This document shows positions 46,491 through 55,959 of a stretch of 64,000 nt of DNA, one piece after another. The first letter of the stretch is position 1, and each line of letters begins with the position of its first letter. A program made the translations under genes and the position numbers. A model generated the notes under the pieces. The model was not told the origin of the DNA. It ran no database searches and worked only from the letters and a program-made list of their open reading frames with translations. Source of the DNA: a bacterium (GTDB taxonomy: Bacteria > SAR324 > XYD2-FULL-50-16). The stretch spans positions 22,758 through 86,757 of the forward strand of contig JAVVEA010000015.1 in NCBI GenBank assembly GCA_032250835.1. The letters run 5' to 3'.

Positions 46491-49400
46491 GCCGGCCTTC
46501 TCCTAGCCTTTCTAACAAGACCACCAAGGGGTGGGCGGGGCGTTGCCCCATCAATCGTTTGGCTTGAGAACGGCAAGAATAGCCGGTCGCCAGCAACCGA
46601 AGACCGGGGTCGGGGTCCCCTTCGAGCTTGGGCCGCCAGCTGAGATCGAAAATTTGGCGGCTTTGGGAATAGTGTTTCGCTTCGTGCCCATAGATGCCGC
46701 TCATGCCGCAGCAGCCAACCTCTTCGAGCTTCAGCGAGATCCCAAAAGCCTTAAAAACACTCTGCCAAAGCTTTTGACTCTGAGGTTCCAGCGCCTTTTC
46801 GGTACAATGCCCAAAGAGCCGGGCGGAAAACTCAGCCGGTGCCAACGCGCTGAGGCGGGCTGCCTGTTGATCGACTACCCCTGCCAACCATTCCTGGGGT
46901 AGCCAGACTTGATAGCCCGCATGTTTGAGGCCCAAGGCCTTGGGGTATTCATCTCGGTAGGTCAAGGTTACTGCCGGGTCTAGGCCGATCATCGGTAGGC
47001 CTAGATAAGAAGCTCGTTCCAACAGCCGGTGGTTACGCTCGGCGACCTTAGCGAAGGCTTCTAACATGCCTTTAACCTGTAGCGCCTTGCCGTTGGGGAA
47101 GTGGGGCAACAACCAAAGCCGGTAGCCCAAAAGTTCGCAAAGCTCGTGGAGGTGTCCTACGGTTTTGGCTTCATAAAAACTAGTGAAGCTGTCTTGGATC
47201 AGCACCACATCCCGCCTCGGGTCCAGGTCCGCCGGAGGCTGCGCGATATTGAGCAGACGCAGTTCGCCCAGGGCCAACCTCCGGTTGACCGGGCGTTGGC
47301 TGATCTTGGGCGGGTCCACGATGCCGCCCCATTTGGCGATCAAGCTACGCAGCAGGCGGTTGGACATCAGTGCGCGCGAGAGTCTCGGCGTGGCCGCTTG
47401 GATCGGTGCCGTCCATTCGAGCGCAGCGGCGAGCAGGTGGGTCACGGGCCGGGGGTACCGGCGGTGGTATTCGGCCTGAAACCTGGCTTTCATTTCAGGG
47501 ATGTCTACCTTGATCGGGCAACCGGTCACACAGGCCTTACAGGCCAAACAGCCTTCCATCGCCTCGGCCACTTCGTGGCTAAAGTCATAACATCCTAGCG
47601 ATTTTTCCAAACCACCCACCCAGCGTAAGGCGGGGCCAAAAAGCATCGACTCGCGGCCACCGGGTTGGTACCCAGCGATACTCAAACGGCGCAACCATTC
47701 GCGCATCAGCCCGGCGCGGCCCTTGGGACTGTGCAACCGGTTCAGGCTGGACTTGGACGACGGGCACATCACCGAAGCGGGGCTGAAATTAAAGCAGGCC
47801 CCGTTGCCGTTACAGGCAATGGCGCGGTCAAATTCTTCTTGGTAGGCGGCGCTGATCTGGCGGTCTTGGTCCCCGCGCATGGGGCCGTCTACGGACACCA
47901 AAGATTCTTCACAACCGCAGGGCAACACGATCTTGCCGGGGTTGAGTTGGTTGTTCCGGTCGAAATAGGCCTTGATGCGGCCCATTTCTTGGTAAAGCAC
48001 CGGTCCCACATATTTTTCGGTATAACCGCTACGGAAGCCTTTGCCATGTTCACCCCAGATCACGCCGCCATATTTACCGACCAAGTCGGCCACTTCGTCG
48101 CTGATTCGTTTGAGTAACTTCTGGTCTTCAGGCAAACGCATATCCAAAGCGGGACGTACGTGCAGACAACCCACATCCACATGGCCGAACATACCGTAAA
48201 AGAGCCCGTGCTTTTCCAGTAGCGCCCGGAATTCTTCGATGTAAGCCGCCAGATGTTTGGGCGGCACCACTGTATCTTCTACAAAGGCAATGGGGCGGCG
48301 GTTGCCTTTGGCGTTGCCTAAGAGGCCCACACCCTTCTTTCGTAACTCCCACAGGGCGGCAATCTCATGGGCTTTGGCGGCCTTGTAATACCCCGAGGGT
48401 TGGCCCGGTTGGCCCTGGCTTTGTTTGATCAGCCCTTCGGCTTGGTCGATCTTTTGTTGTAATTCCTCGGCGGTTTCGCCAATGAACTCCACTAGGTTGA
48501 TCGCTTGGGGCACTGGCTCGCCTTCGGCGCTAAGCATTGGGCCCACTAAGTGGAAGATTTCGTCTTCGCGCGCCAATCCCAAGATGGTATCGTCAATCGT
48601 CTCGATGGCTGCGGGATCTAAGGAAACTAACGCCTCGGCTCCGCGCAGCGCCGCTAAAAAGTCGGGGTAACGTAGCGCCAAAAGCTGTTTGTGTTTGACC
48701 AACGGCAAGATCTTGAGCTTCGCTTCTTCGACTAAGGCCAAGGTCCCCTCGCTCCCGGCGATTAGGTAGTTGAGGCTATATTGCCCACTCTGGGGGTCCT
48801 TGAGGCGGGTTAGGTTATAGCCGGTCACAAAGCGGTCTAACTGGGGCAACTGGGCTATTTCTTCGGTCCTTTCACTTAAGATTTGATCGATCAAGGCGTA
48901 AAGATCCCCATGTTCGCCCAACCGTTCGCCTTTCCAACCGGCTTCATCTAAAATTTCGGTTTTCAGCCGTTGCCCGCCGACCATGCGGCACTTAAGCGCC
49001 AGGATATGGTCCGAGGTCTTGCCGTAAATGCGTGAGCCCTTACCGCAGGCGTCGGTGCTGATCATCCCGCCTAAGGTAGCGCGGCTCGAGGTGGAGAGTG
49101 TGGGCGCGAAGAAATAGCCCAAAGGGGACAAAAGGTCGTTGAGGCGGTCTAAAACCACGCCCGGTTGGACCCGAACCCAGCCTTCTTGGGTATTGATTTC
49201 TAGGATTTGGTTCAGGTGGCGGCTTAAATCGATGACCAAACCTTGGGTCAAGGATTGCCCATTGGTCCCGGTGCCGCCGCCTCGAGGGGCGACTTTAAGT
49301 GACCTGAACTCGGGCTTGCCGAGTAATTTGGTCAGTAGCTCCAAGTCTTCGACCTGGGCGGGGTAGACCACTGCTTGGGGGAAAAGTTGGTAGACGCTGT

Positions 49401-49533
49401 TGTCGGTGCCCGCTATCAGGCGCTCTGACGTTTCGCTACACAGTTCGCCACAAAAGCCGCCTTTAGCGAGAGCGGTCAAAAAGGATTGGGTGAGGGCCGT
49501 GGGGGCCTCAAAGGCGCTGAGTCTGGGGATCAT
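46483..49533 (-). CDS. ydiJ: FAD- and Fe-S-binding oxidoreductase (YdiJ/D-2-hydroxyglutarate dehydrogenase-like)
   Basis: TDNSVYQ, PRGGGTGTNGQS, GSEGTLA, FGHVDVGCLHVRP, WGEHGKG, CNGNGAC, CLACKAC, CCGMSG, TGYSCRSQ. Confidence 0.88.
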   Translation of the reverse strand: MIPRLSAFEAPTALTQSFLTALAKGGFCGELCSETSERLIAGTDNSVYQLFPQAVVYPAQVEDLELLTKLLGKPEFRSLKVAPRGGGTGTNGQSLTQGLVIDLSRHLNQILEINTQEGWVRVQPGVVLDRLNDLLSPLGYFFAPTLSTSSRATLGGMISTDACGKGSRIYGKTSDHILALKCRMVGGQRLKTEILDEAGWKGERLGEHGDLYALIDQILSERTEEIAQLPQLDRFVTGYNLTRLKDPQSGQYSLNYLIAGSEGTLALVEEAKLKILPLVKHKQLLALRYPDFLAALRGAEALVSLDPAAIETIDDTILGLAREDEIFHLVGPMLSAEGEPVPQAINLVEFIGETAEELQQKIDQAEGLIKQSQGQPGQPSGYYKAAKAHEIAALWELRKKGVGLLGNAKGNRRPIAFVEDTVVPPKHLAAYIEEFRALLEKHGLFYGMFGHVDVGCLHVRPALDMRLPEDQKLLKRISDEVADLVGKYGGVIWGEHGKGFRSGYTEKYVGPVLYQEMGRIKAYFDRNNQLNPGKIVLPCGCEESLVSVDGPMRGDQDRQISAAYQEEFDRAIACNGNGACFNFSPASVMCPSSKSSLNRLHSPKGRAGLMREWLRRLSIAGYQPGGRESMLFGPALRWVGGLEKSLGCYDFSHEVAEAMEGCLACKACVTGCPIKVDIPEMKARFQAEYHRRYPRPVTHLLAAALEWTAPIQAATPRLSRALMSNRLLRSLIAKWGGIVDPPKISQRPVNRRLALGELRLLNIAQPPADLDPRRDVVLIQDSFTSFYEAKTVGHLHELCELLGYRLWLLPHFPNGKALQVKGMLEAFAKVAERNHRLLERASYLGLPMIGLDPAVTLTYRDEYPKALGLKHAGYQVWLPQEWLAGVVDQQAARLSALAPAEFSARLFGHCTEKALEPQSQKLWQSVFKAFGISLKLEEVGCCGMSGIYGHEAKHYSQSRQIFDLSWRPKLEGDPDPGLRLLATGYSCRSQAKRLMGQRPAHPLVVLLERLGEGRHD

Positions 49534-49599
49534 AGATGGGTTCTTAAGGTGAAACCCAAAATAATCCCCCCTGAGTCATGCCGTCAAGGGGCTAGCGCA

Positions 49600-50475
49600 C
49601 TAGAAGTAATAATGGACCGAGAAGGTCGGGAAGGCGCTGGCTGAAAGGTCGGTGCTGGTGTATTCACCCGCCTTGCGGTACCCGGCTCCGATCTCGCCGG
49701 AAAAGCCGAAGTTGGGCAGGCTGGCAAAAAAGATTTCGGCGCCTAAGAAGCCGCTTAAGGAGATGCCGGAACCTGAGACGCCGTTGGCATCGTCGGTTAC
49801 CTGCAACAAACCGCCAGAGCCGCCGTAATAGAGGTTTACGTTGCGGTAGCGATCGAAGATATAGCCCATCCGGTAATCGGCGGCAAAGACCTTTAAGGCG
49901 TTTCCGTTAGAAACGCTGCTGCCGAAGGCGATTAAGATGTTGCCAAAGAGGCGCTCGTCTAAGAAAAACTTATAACTCAACTGGTCTGAAGTATAAGTGG
50001 CCGGCCCCGAGTTGCTGTTGAGTGTCGATTTTTTTTGTACATAACCCACCCCGGTGCGCTGGTTCATGTTCACAACTGTGTCTTGGGTGGTGATCATGTT
50101 GACCTCGCTGGTGGGCATCTGCAAAACACCCTGTCCACGTAAGCTTTCGATGGTGATGAACTCGGGGTTGTAGTTGGTGATCCGCCCGATAATCACTTCT
50201 CCGTTTTTCAAATAGACCACGTTGGCGGCCATTTGCTTCTTGAACTCAATGTAGCGTTGCTCTGAGTTCGAGTCGAAGTTGATCAGGTAAATATCGTCTT
50301 TACGGATTTCGCGTTCTTGTTGGTCCCCAATCGCCTGAACGGTAATGCTCTGGGGATTGTATTTGAGGATTTTGCCCACCAAGGTCTGCCCGTTTTTTAG
50401 GTAGATCGTCTCGGCAAAGAGCGTTCCTAGGGTCCAGAAGAGGAGGACCAGCACCAGCAGGCTTCTTCGGATCAT
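49600..50475 (-). CDS. Outer-membrane beta-barrel protein with duplicated N-terminal domain
   Basis: Signal peptide from ATG 50475; two YLKNG...G.I..YNP..IT repeats; amphipathic strands ending VHYYF. Confidence 0.65.
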   Translation of the reverse strand: MIRRSLLVLVLLFWTLGTLFAETIYLKNGQTLVGKILKYNPQSITVQAIGDQQEREIRKDDIYLINFDSNSEQRYIEFKKQMAANVVYLKNGEVIIGRITNYNPEFITIESLRGQGVLQMPTSEVNMITTQDTVVNMNQRTGVGYVQKKSTLNSNSGPATYTSDQLSYKFFLDERLFGNILIAFGSSVSNGNALKVFAADYRMGYIFDRYRNVNLYYGGSGGLLQVTDDANGVSGSGISLSGFLGAEIFFASLPNFGFSGEIGAGYRKAGEYTSTDLSASAFPTFSVHYYF

Positions 50476-50600
50476 GCCTTCCTTCAGGTCTTTAAGGTTG
50501 TGCCCCCGGAGTTCGGAGGTCTCTAAAGACCGATTATGCAAATGGGAAACCAAAATGGCCAGAATGTGGCCCCTTTGGCGAAAAAAGACTCGCTGGGGAC

Positions 50601-51017
50601 TTAAGCGGTCGGGCGGAGTTCGAGCGATACGGCGTTTAAAATTCCGTTGAGCAGCTTAACGGAGCGCTCCCCCACAAAGTTGCGGCAAATCTCGATGGCT
50701 TCGTTGAAGACTACCTTGGTGTCTGTTTCGCCGGGCAGCATCAACTCGGCAATGGAGATGCGCAACAAGGCGTTGAGGGTCTCTAAAAGCCTTGATTGCT
50801 TCCAGTTTTTTGAGTGCCGCCCGATCAACTGGTCGATCTCACTCTGCTTGGCTTGTACTTGAGACAAGAGATTGCGGGTGAACTCTAGATTTTTGGCGCT
50901 CAGCTGGCTGGTTTCTAAGAGCAAAGCTTCGGCGGGAGGATTTTGGCCCAGTCGTTGGCGTTGGTATTGGCAATTAAAGGCCAATACCCGGGCGATCCGG
51001 CGTTCGTGGTGTGGCAT
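50601..51017 (-). CDS. nusB: Transcription antitermination factor NusB
   Basis: RRIARVLAFNCQYQ, IDQLI...KNWKQSRL, LRISIAEL, VFNEAIEI, LLNGILN. Confidence 0.88.
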   Translation of the reverse strand: MPHHERRIARVLAFNCQYQRQRLGQNPPAEALLLETSQLSAKNLEFTRNLLSQVQAKQSEIDQLIGRHSKNWKQSRLLETLNALLRISIAELMLPGETDTKVVFNEAIEICRNFVGERSVKLLNGILNAVSLELRPTA

Positions 51018-51790
51018 CAGCGCAGCCCAAATTTGTCGATCAGTTCATCCATCAAGCGGATGTATGCGGTGGCTCCTTGCGACTTGAGGTCGTAAGTGAT
51101 GACCGAACGGCCTAAGGCGCTAGATTCGGTGATCTGGCCGTTTTTGGGGATCACGGTCTTAAAGACCGAAGAGCCAAGGGCTTTGTTGATCTGCTGGGCG
51201 ACCTTACGGTGGATTTCTAGTTCCTTGTCGTACATGGTCAAGAGAATCCCCGCGATCCGTAGTTCCTTTTGGGGGATTTTTTTCTGTAATTCGTTAAAAC
51301 CTACCAAGAAGCGCTTGAGAGACTTAACGGCCAAGGCCTCGCATTGCAGCGGAAGGACGTTTAAGTCCGACGCGCAGAGCGCATTGAGCGTTAAGGGGCC
51401 GGTGGCCGCCGGGGCGTCTAAGAAGATGAAGTCGTAATTGAGTTTCGCTTCTTCGATGCGGCGGGCCAAGAAGTTGTCGTCCTCGGCGACATGAGAGACT
51501 TTTTGTTCTTCGGCCAACGTTTGGATGTTGGAGAAGATGAAGTGCATGTTCTCTTGGTCGGTGCGCCGGATCAGCTTTTGTAGCGCAACGTTGGGCTTGA
51601 GGTAGAGCTCTTTGGTCCCTTGGTCGATAGCGTTTTTTACGCCAAAGGAATAGCGAACCGAACTTTGGGGGTCCAAGTCGATCAACAAGACCCGGTATCC
51701 GCCAAAGGCGAAGGCGGTAGCTAGATTGACGGCGCTGGTGGTTTTACCCACCCCGCCTTTTTGGGAAACAAAAGAAATTACGGATGTCAT
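51017..51790 (-). CDS. ParA/Soj family ATPase
   Basis: SQKGGVGKTTSAVNLA, IDLDPQ, PLQCE, GILLTMYD, VFKTVIP. Confidence 0.9.
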   Translation of the reverse strand: MTSVISFVSQKGGVGKTTSAVNLATAFAFGGYRVLLIDLDPQSSVRYSFGVKNAIDQGTKELYLKPNVALQKLIRRTDQENMHFIFSNIQTLAEEQKVSHVAEDDNFLARRIEEAKLNYDFIFLDAPAATGPLTLNALCASDLNVLPLQCEALAVKSLKRFLVGFNELQKKIPQKELRIAGILLTMYDKELEIHRKVAQQINKALGSSVFKTVIPKNGQITESSALGRSVITYDLKSQGATAYIRLMDELIDKFGLR

Positions 51791-51936
51791 GCCCGAGCCT
51801 CAGAGTTTTCGCGGTGTCGGTTTGCTCAAAAATCTTATCGGTCCGGCGGCAATTAGTCAAAATAAAGAACTGAAAATCCTCAGCATAGCTTAAGAAGCAG
51901 CGGATAAGCCTCAGGACAGTACCCCTTGCACCAGCG

Positions 51937-51965
51937 TTGACAACCTAGAACTGAACACCGAGAAT
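51937..51965 (+). promoter_or_regulatory. Putative sigma70 promoter
   Basis: TTGACA-N17-GAGAAT upstream of the aminotransferase. Confidence 0.45.
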
Positions 51966-52019
51966 AGCTTTCGGTCCGCCTCACTTCATTTTTCCCGCAA
52001 TCCTTAAGGAGCTTTGGCC

Positions 52020-53315
52020 ATGAACCCTCTGGCTGCCGAACTGAACCAGCAAATCCAATCTGCCAGTAATGTTGCTTTTGAGCTGCTGAGCGATCTGGGA
52101 CGCCGTATCTACTTCCCTAAGGGAATTCTTTTCCAGTCCGCCCAGGCCAAGGAAAAGGCGCACAAGTTCAACGCCACCATCGGCACCGCCACCGAAAAAG
52201 GCGGCCCTATGCATCTGGCAGTGACCCGCAAATATTATAACCTGCCGCCTGCCGAGGTTTACCCTTATGCGCCGCCCGCCGGTCGCCCGGAATTGCGTCG
52301 GTTGTGGCGCGAAAAGATGATGTCCCAAAACCCGAGTTTACAGGGAAAGTCGATCAGCCTGCCGGTAGTGACCAGCGCGATCACCCACGGGTTGTCTTTG
52401 GTCGGTCAGTTGTTTATGGACCCCGGTGATGTGGTGATCTCGCCCGATAAGCTTTGGGGCAATTACCGCCTAACCTTCGAGACCGTCTTAGGGGCGAAGA
52501 TCAAAACCTTTGAGATGTTTGACCAGCAAGGGACGATGAATCTGGATTCTTTGGCCCAAGCGGTGGCCGAAGAGGGCGAGCGTTGCGGTAAGGCTCTGGT
52601 GCTGCTTAACTTCCCGAACAACCCAACGGGCTATACGCCCAATTTGGCCGAAGCGGACCGGATTGTGGAGATCCTGATCAACGAGGCCGCCAAGGGGACC
52701 AAAGTTTTGGCCATCAGTGACGACAGCTATTTTGGGCTCTTTTACGAAGACAGCATCCAAGAATCCCTGTTCGCCCGCTTCGCCGAGGCCCACGAAAACA
52801 TCCTGGCTCTCAAGCTCGACGGCGCCACTAAGGAATATTACGCCTGGGGCTTCCGCACCGGCTTTTTGACCTTCGGCCACCGTGCCGGAGAGGCGCTTTA
52901 CGGACCTTTGGAAAAGAAGGTCATGGGGGCCATCAGAGCCGGGATCAGCAACTGTACCGCCAGTTCTCAGGCGGTGGTTGAACATATCTTAGAAGACGCC
53001 GAATTGGCCGCCGATTGGCAGTCTAAATTTGAGGTGATGAAATCGCGGGCTTTGGCGGTCAAAGAGGTCCTCAACCGCCCGGACTTTAAAGCGGTCTTAG
53101 ACTACTACCCCTTCAACTCCGGCTATTTTATGTGCCTTAAGTTGTCGGGCGTCGATGCCGAAGCGCTCAGGATGCACTTGCTGGATCAATATGGCGTGGG
53201 CACCATCTCGATCAACGCCACGGACCTTCGGGTTGCCTTTAGCTGCATCGAGGCGCAACAGGTAGAAGAGTTGTTTACCTTGATCCGCCAAGCGGTTCTG
53301 GATTTAAGGGTTTAG
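52020..53315 (+). CDS. PLP-dependent aminotransferase class I/II
   Basis: LNFPNNPTGY, DDSYFGL, DGATKE..WGFRTG, FNSGYF. Confidence 0.88.
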   Translation: MNPLAAELNQQIQSASNVAFELLSDLGRRIYFPKGILFQSAQAKEKAHKFNATIGTATEKGGPMHLAVTRKYYNLPPAEVYPYAPPAGRPELRRLWREKMMSQNPSLQGKSISLPVVTSAITHGLSLVGQLFMDPGDVVISPDKLWGNYRLTFETVLGAKIKTFEMFDQQGTMNLDSLAQAVAEEGERCGKALVLLNFPNNPTGYTPNLAEADRIVEILINEAAKGTKVLAISDDSYFGLFYEDSIQESLFARFAEAHENILALKLDGATKEYYAWGFRTGFLTFGHRAGEALYGPLEKKVMGAIRAGISNCTASSQAVVEHILEDAELAADWQSKFEVMKSRALAVKEVLNRPDFKAVLDYYPFNSGYFMCLKLSGVDAEALRMHLLDQYGVGTISINATDLRVAFSCIEAQQVEELFTLIRQAVLDLRV

Positions 53316-54445
53316 TCCGGCAGGGTGATCTTGCCCATCGACACCAATCGTTTGGCCCCGGTCACCTCGGGCACGTTGGTGGGGTGGCCGTTGAGCCGCT
53401 CATGGGCGAAGAGGGCAAAAAAGGCCGCTTCCTTGGAGTCGCCGTCAAAGGCGGGCACAACAGGAAGCGGTTCCACCATCCGGGGGGCCAAAGCTTGGGT
53501 TAATTGGGCCACCAAAAGGGGGTTGTGTTGGCCCCCACCGCAAAGATAAACCCGCTCGACCCGGGGCAAAAAGTCTTTATAGGCTCTGGCGATACTGCGG
53601 GCCACCAAGGCGGTCAGGCTGCACAAGAGGTCTGCATGGCTCAGATGGCCCCAACGGCTGATGATTCGCTGTACATAGTCCCGTCCAAAGTCCTCGCGCC
53701 CCGTTGATTTAGGGGGGCGCATGGCAAAATAGGGCTCTGCCGAGAGGCTATCTAAAAGTGCTTCGTCCACTTGGCCCTGGGCGGCCAAGGCCCCGTCGCG
53801 GTCAAAGGACTCGCGGCCATGGGTGAGCAAATAAACCGCTTCGTTTAAAATGCCATTGGCCGGGCCGGTATCAAAGGCGATCAGCGGGGCACTCGGGTCT
53901 TTAGGCAAGAACGTGACGTTGCCGATGCCGCCTAAATTTTGGACCGCTCGGGCTTCGGTGGGGCTTTGGAAAAAAACTCGGTCCAGGTAAGGGGCCAAGG
54001 GCGCTCCGGCCCCTCCGGCGGCGATGTCCGCCAGACGGAAGTCGTGGATCACTACCTTGCCCATGGCTTGGGCCAGTACTGCCGACTCGCCGGACTGTAG
54101 GCTAGAATGGCCGTGGATGTGCCAAAGGGTTTGTCCGTGCATGCCGATCACGTCCGGTTGGCCGACGCGGGCGCAAAAATCTAGGCAGCGAGAGGCATAA
54201 AAACGTCCTAGCTCCACATTGATCCGGCAAAGCTGCGCGGTATCGCCTCGAAAGGCGTCCATGATGGCGCGGCGCAGGTCCGCCGGGTAGTCGGCGGTCT
54301 CGAAGGCCAGTTGCTTCATCTGCACCTGTGCCCCGGAGCCAGAAATTTCGAATAGCCCCATGTCCAGGCCATCGAGAGAAGTGCCCGACATCAGCCCCAA
54401 GACACGGCGGGTCGGCATTTTAACTAAGTCCAACAACTGTTGCAT
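53312..54445 (-). CDS. anmK: Anhydro-N-acetylmuramic acid kinase
   Basis: GLMSGTSLDG, HGQTLWH, DFRLADIAAGGAGAPL, NLGGIGN, FDTGPAN, PPKSTGRE, KEAAFFA. Confidence 0.95.
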   Translation of the reverse strand: MQQLLDLVKMPTRRVLGLMSGTSLDGLDMGLFEISGSGAQVQMKQLAFETADYPADLRRAIMDAFRGDTAQLCRINVELGRFYASRCLDFCARVGQPDVIGMHGQTLWHIHGHSSLQSGESAVLAQAMGKVVIHDFRLADIAAGGAGAPLAPYLDRVFFQSPTEARAVQNLGGIGNVTFLPKDPSAPLIAFDTGPANGILNEAVYLLTHGRESFDRDGALAAQGQVDEALLDSLSAEPYFAMRPPKSTGREDFGRDYVQRIISRWGHLSHADLLCSLTALVARSIARAYKDFLPRVERVYLCGGGQHNPLLVAQLTQALAPRMVEPLPVVPAFDGDSKEAAFFALFAHERLNGHPTNVPEVTGAKRLVSMGKITLPD

Positions 54446-54453
54446 GGAACTCC

Positions 54454-55896
54454 ATGAATGAACCAGTGCCATTGATCGTTGGGTTCAAAGGAACCCAGCT
54501 AGATGAAGAAACCAAAGCCCACCTATTAGAGATCAACCCGATGGGCGTGATCTTCTTTAAGCGGAACCTCGCCGAACCGGAGCAAATCCGTTCCTTAGTG
54601 GCCGAGGTCAAACGCCTGCTGGGCCCAATTTTGGTGGCCGTGGATCATGAAGGGGGGATGGTCAACCGGTTCAGCCCTGAACTAGCCACCCCTCCGGCCC
54701 CTTTTGCCCTGAACTTTACCGGGCCCCAAGAGCAAAAGCAAGCGACCCAGATGTTAGCCGCTTTGCCGGCTCATTTTGGTTTTAACCTCAACCTAGCCCC
54801 GGTTTTGGACCTCTTTGACGCCGATTCGGAAGCCATCAATATCCGCGCCTTCTCTCGGGACCCCGAAGAGGTGGGGCGCTGGGGCTCGATGATCGTAGAG
54901 GCCCATGAGGAAGTGGGGCTGGGCAGCTGCGGCAAGCACTTCCCCGGCCATGGTCGGGTCCGCACCGACACCCACAACCGAGCCGGAGTGGCCGATTTTA
55001 CGGCCGAGGAATTGCAGGCTAAAGACCTGCTGCCCTACCGCCGTATGGCTTTGCCCGCAGTCATGACCAGCCACCTGATCTACCCGGCCTTTGATGCACA
55101 AAACCCAGCGAGCCTTTCAAAGGCAGTGATCACCGATTTGCTCAAAGGCCAAATGGGCTTTAAGGGGTTGGTTCTCAGTGACTGCGTGGAGATGGAAGCG
55201 ATCTCCGCGAGCTTTGGGCCCGAAGAGATTGTCGCCAAAGGCAAAGAAGCGGGCCTGGATTTGTGGATCAGTAGCTATAGCATCAAAGCGGATTTGGGCT
55301 TCCAAAAGGCCTTGGCCGATGCCATGCGGGCCCAAGGATTGGCCGGTAAAAACCCCAAGGTCCGCGACTTTTTGATGGACTACCCAGGGCGCAAGCCCCA
55401 GTTGTTCCGGCTAGATGAAGCCGTGGCGTTGCGCCGAGAGACGATCCAGCGCGGCGGAGTCAAGCCCGCACCGCCCTGGGAGTTGGCGGTAGTTAGCTCT
55501 AAAGCCTTTAACGGCATCAACCGCGACGAACCTGAAGAAGGATTCCGCTATTGGATGAAGATGGGTCTGGGCGAATTGGTTCCAAATAGCTTAGAGTTGA
55601 GCCTTGATGACCTTGATTCAGCGGAGGAATACTTCAAAGAGGTCCGCCAATCAGGACGATCTTTGCTGCTCGCTACCCAGGCGGCAAGGCGGCATCCCAA
55701 CTGGGAAAAGTTTATGCAACTAATTGAAAACATGAAGTCTGTTCTGCATCTTGACCTGGGCGAAGGGGCCGACATCATCGGCAGTATTGAAGGAAAGTGG
55801 AATTGCTTTGGAAGTGATCGCTTGACAGTTCAGGCAATTTGTAGAGAATTGAAGGTGGGACTTGCAACGGGCGTACCGGACTCGGCAAAGCCATAA
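54454..55896 (+). CDS. nagZ: Beta-N-acetylhexosaminidase (GH3)
   Basis: FFKRN, VDHEGGMVNR, APVLD, KHFPGHG-x4-DTH NagZ signature, MTSH, SDCVEM. Confidence 0.88.
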   Translation: MNEPVPLIVGFKGTQLDEETKAHLLEINPMGVIFFKRNLAEPEQIRSLVAEVKRLLGPILVAVDHEGGMVNRFSPELATPPAPFALNFTGPQEQKQATQMLAALPAHFGFNLNLAPVLDLFDADSEAINIRAFSRDPEEVGRWGSMIVEAHEEVGLGSCGKHFPGHGRVRTDTHNRAGVADFTAEELQAKDLLPYRRMALPAVMTSHLIYPAFDAQNPASLSKAVITDLLKGQMGFKGLVLSDCVEMEAISASFGPEEIVAKGKEAGLDLWISSYSIKADLGFQKALADAMRAQGLAGKNPKVRDFLMDYPGRKPQLFRLDEAVALRRETIQRGGVKPAPPWELAVVSSKAFNGINRDEPEEGFRYWMKMGLGELVPNSLELSLDDLDSAEEYFKEVRQSGRSLLLATQAARRHPNWEKFMQLIENMKSVLHLDLGEGADIIGSIEGKWNCFGSDRLTVQAICRELKVGLATGVPDSAKP

Positions 55897-55959
55897 CAGA
55901 AGGCGCTGTGGGGATCATATCCGGTCCCCCAATGGATATCCGAACTAGGGAGTGAATCT

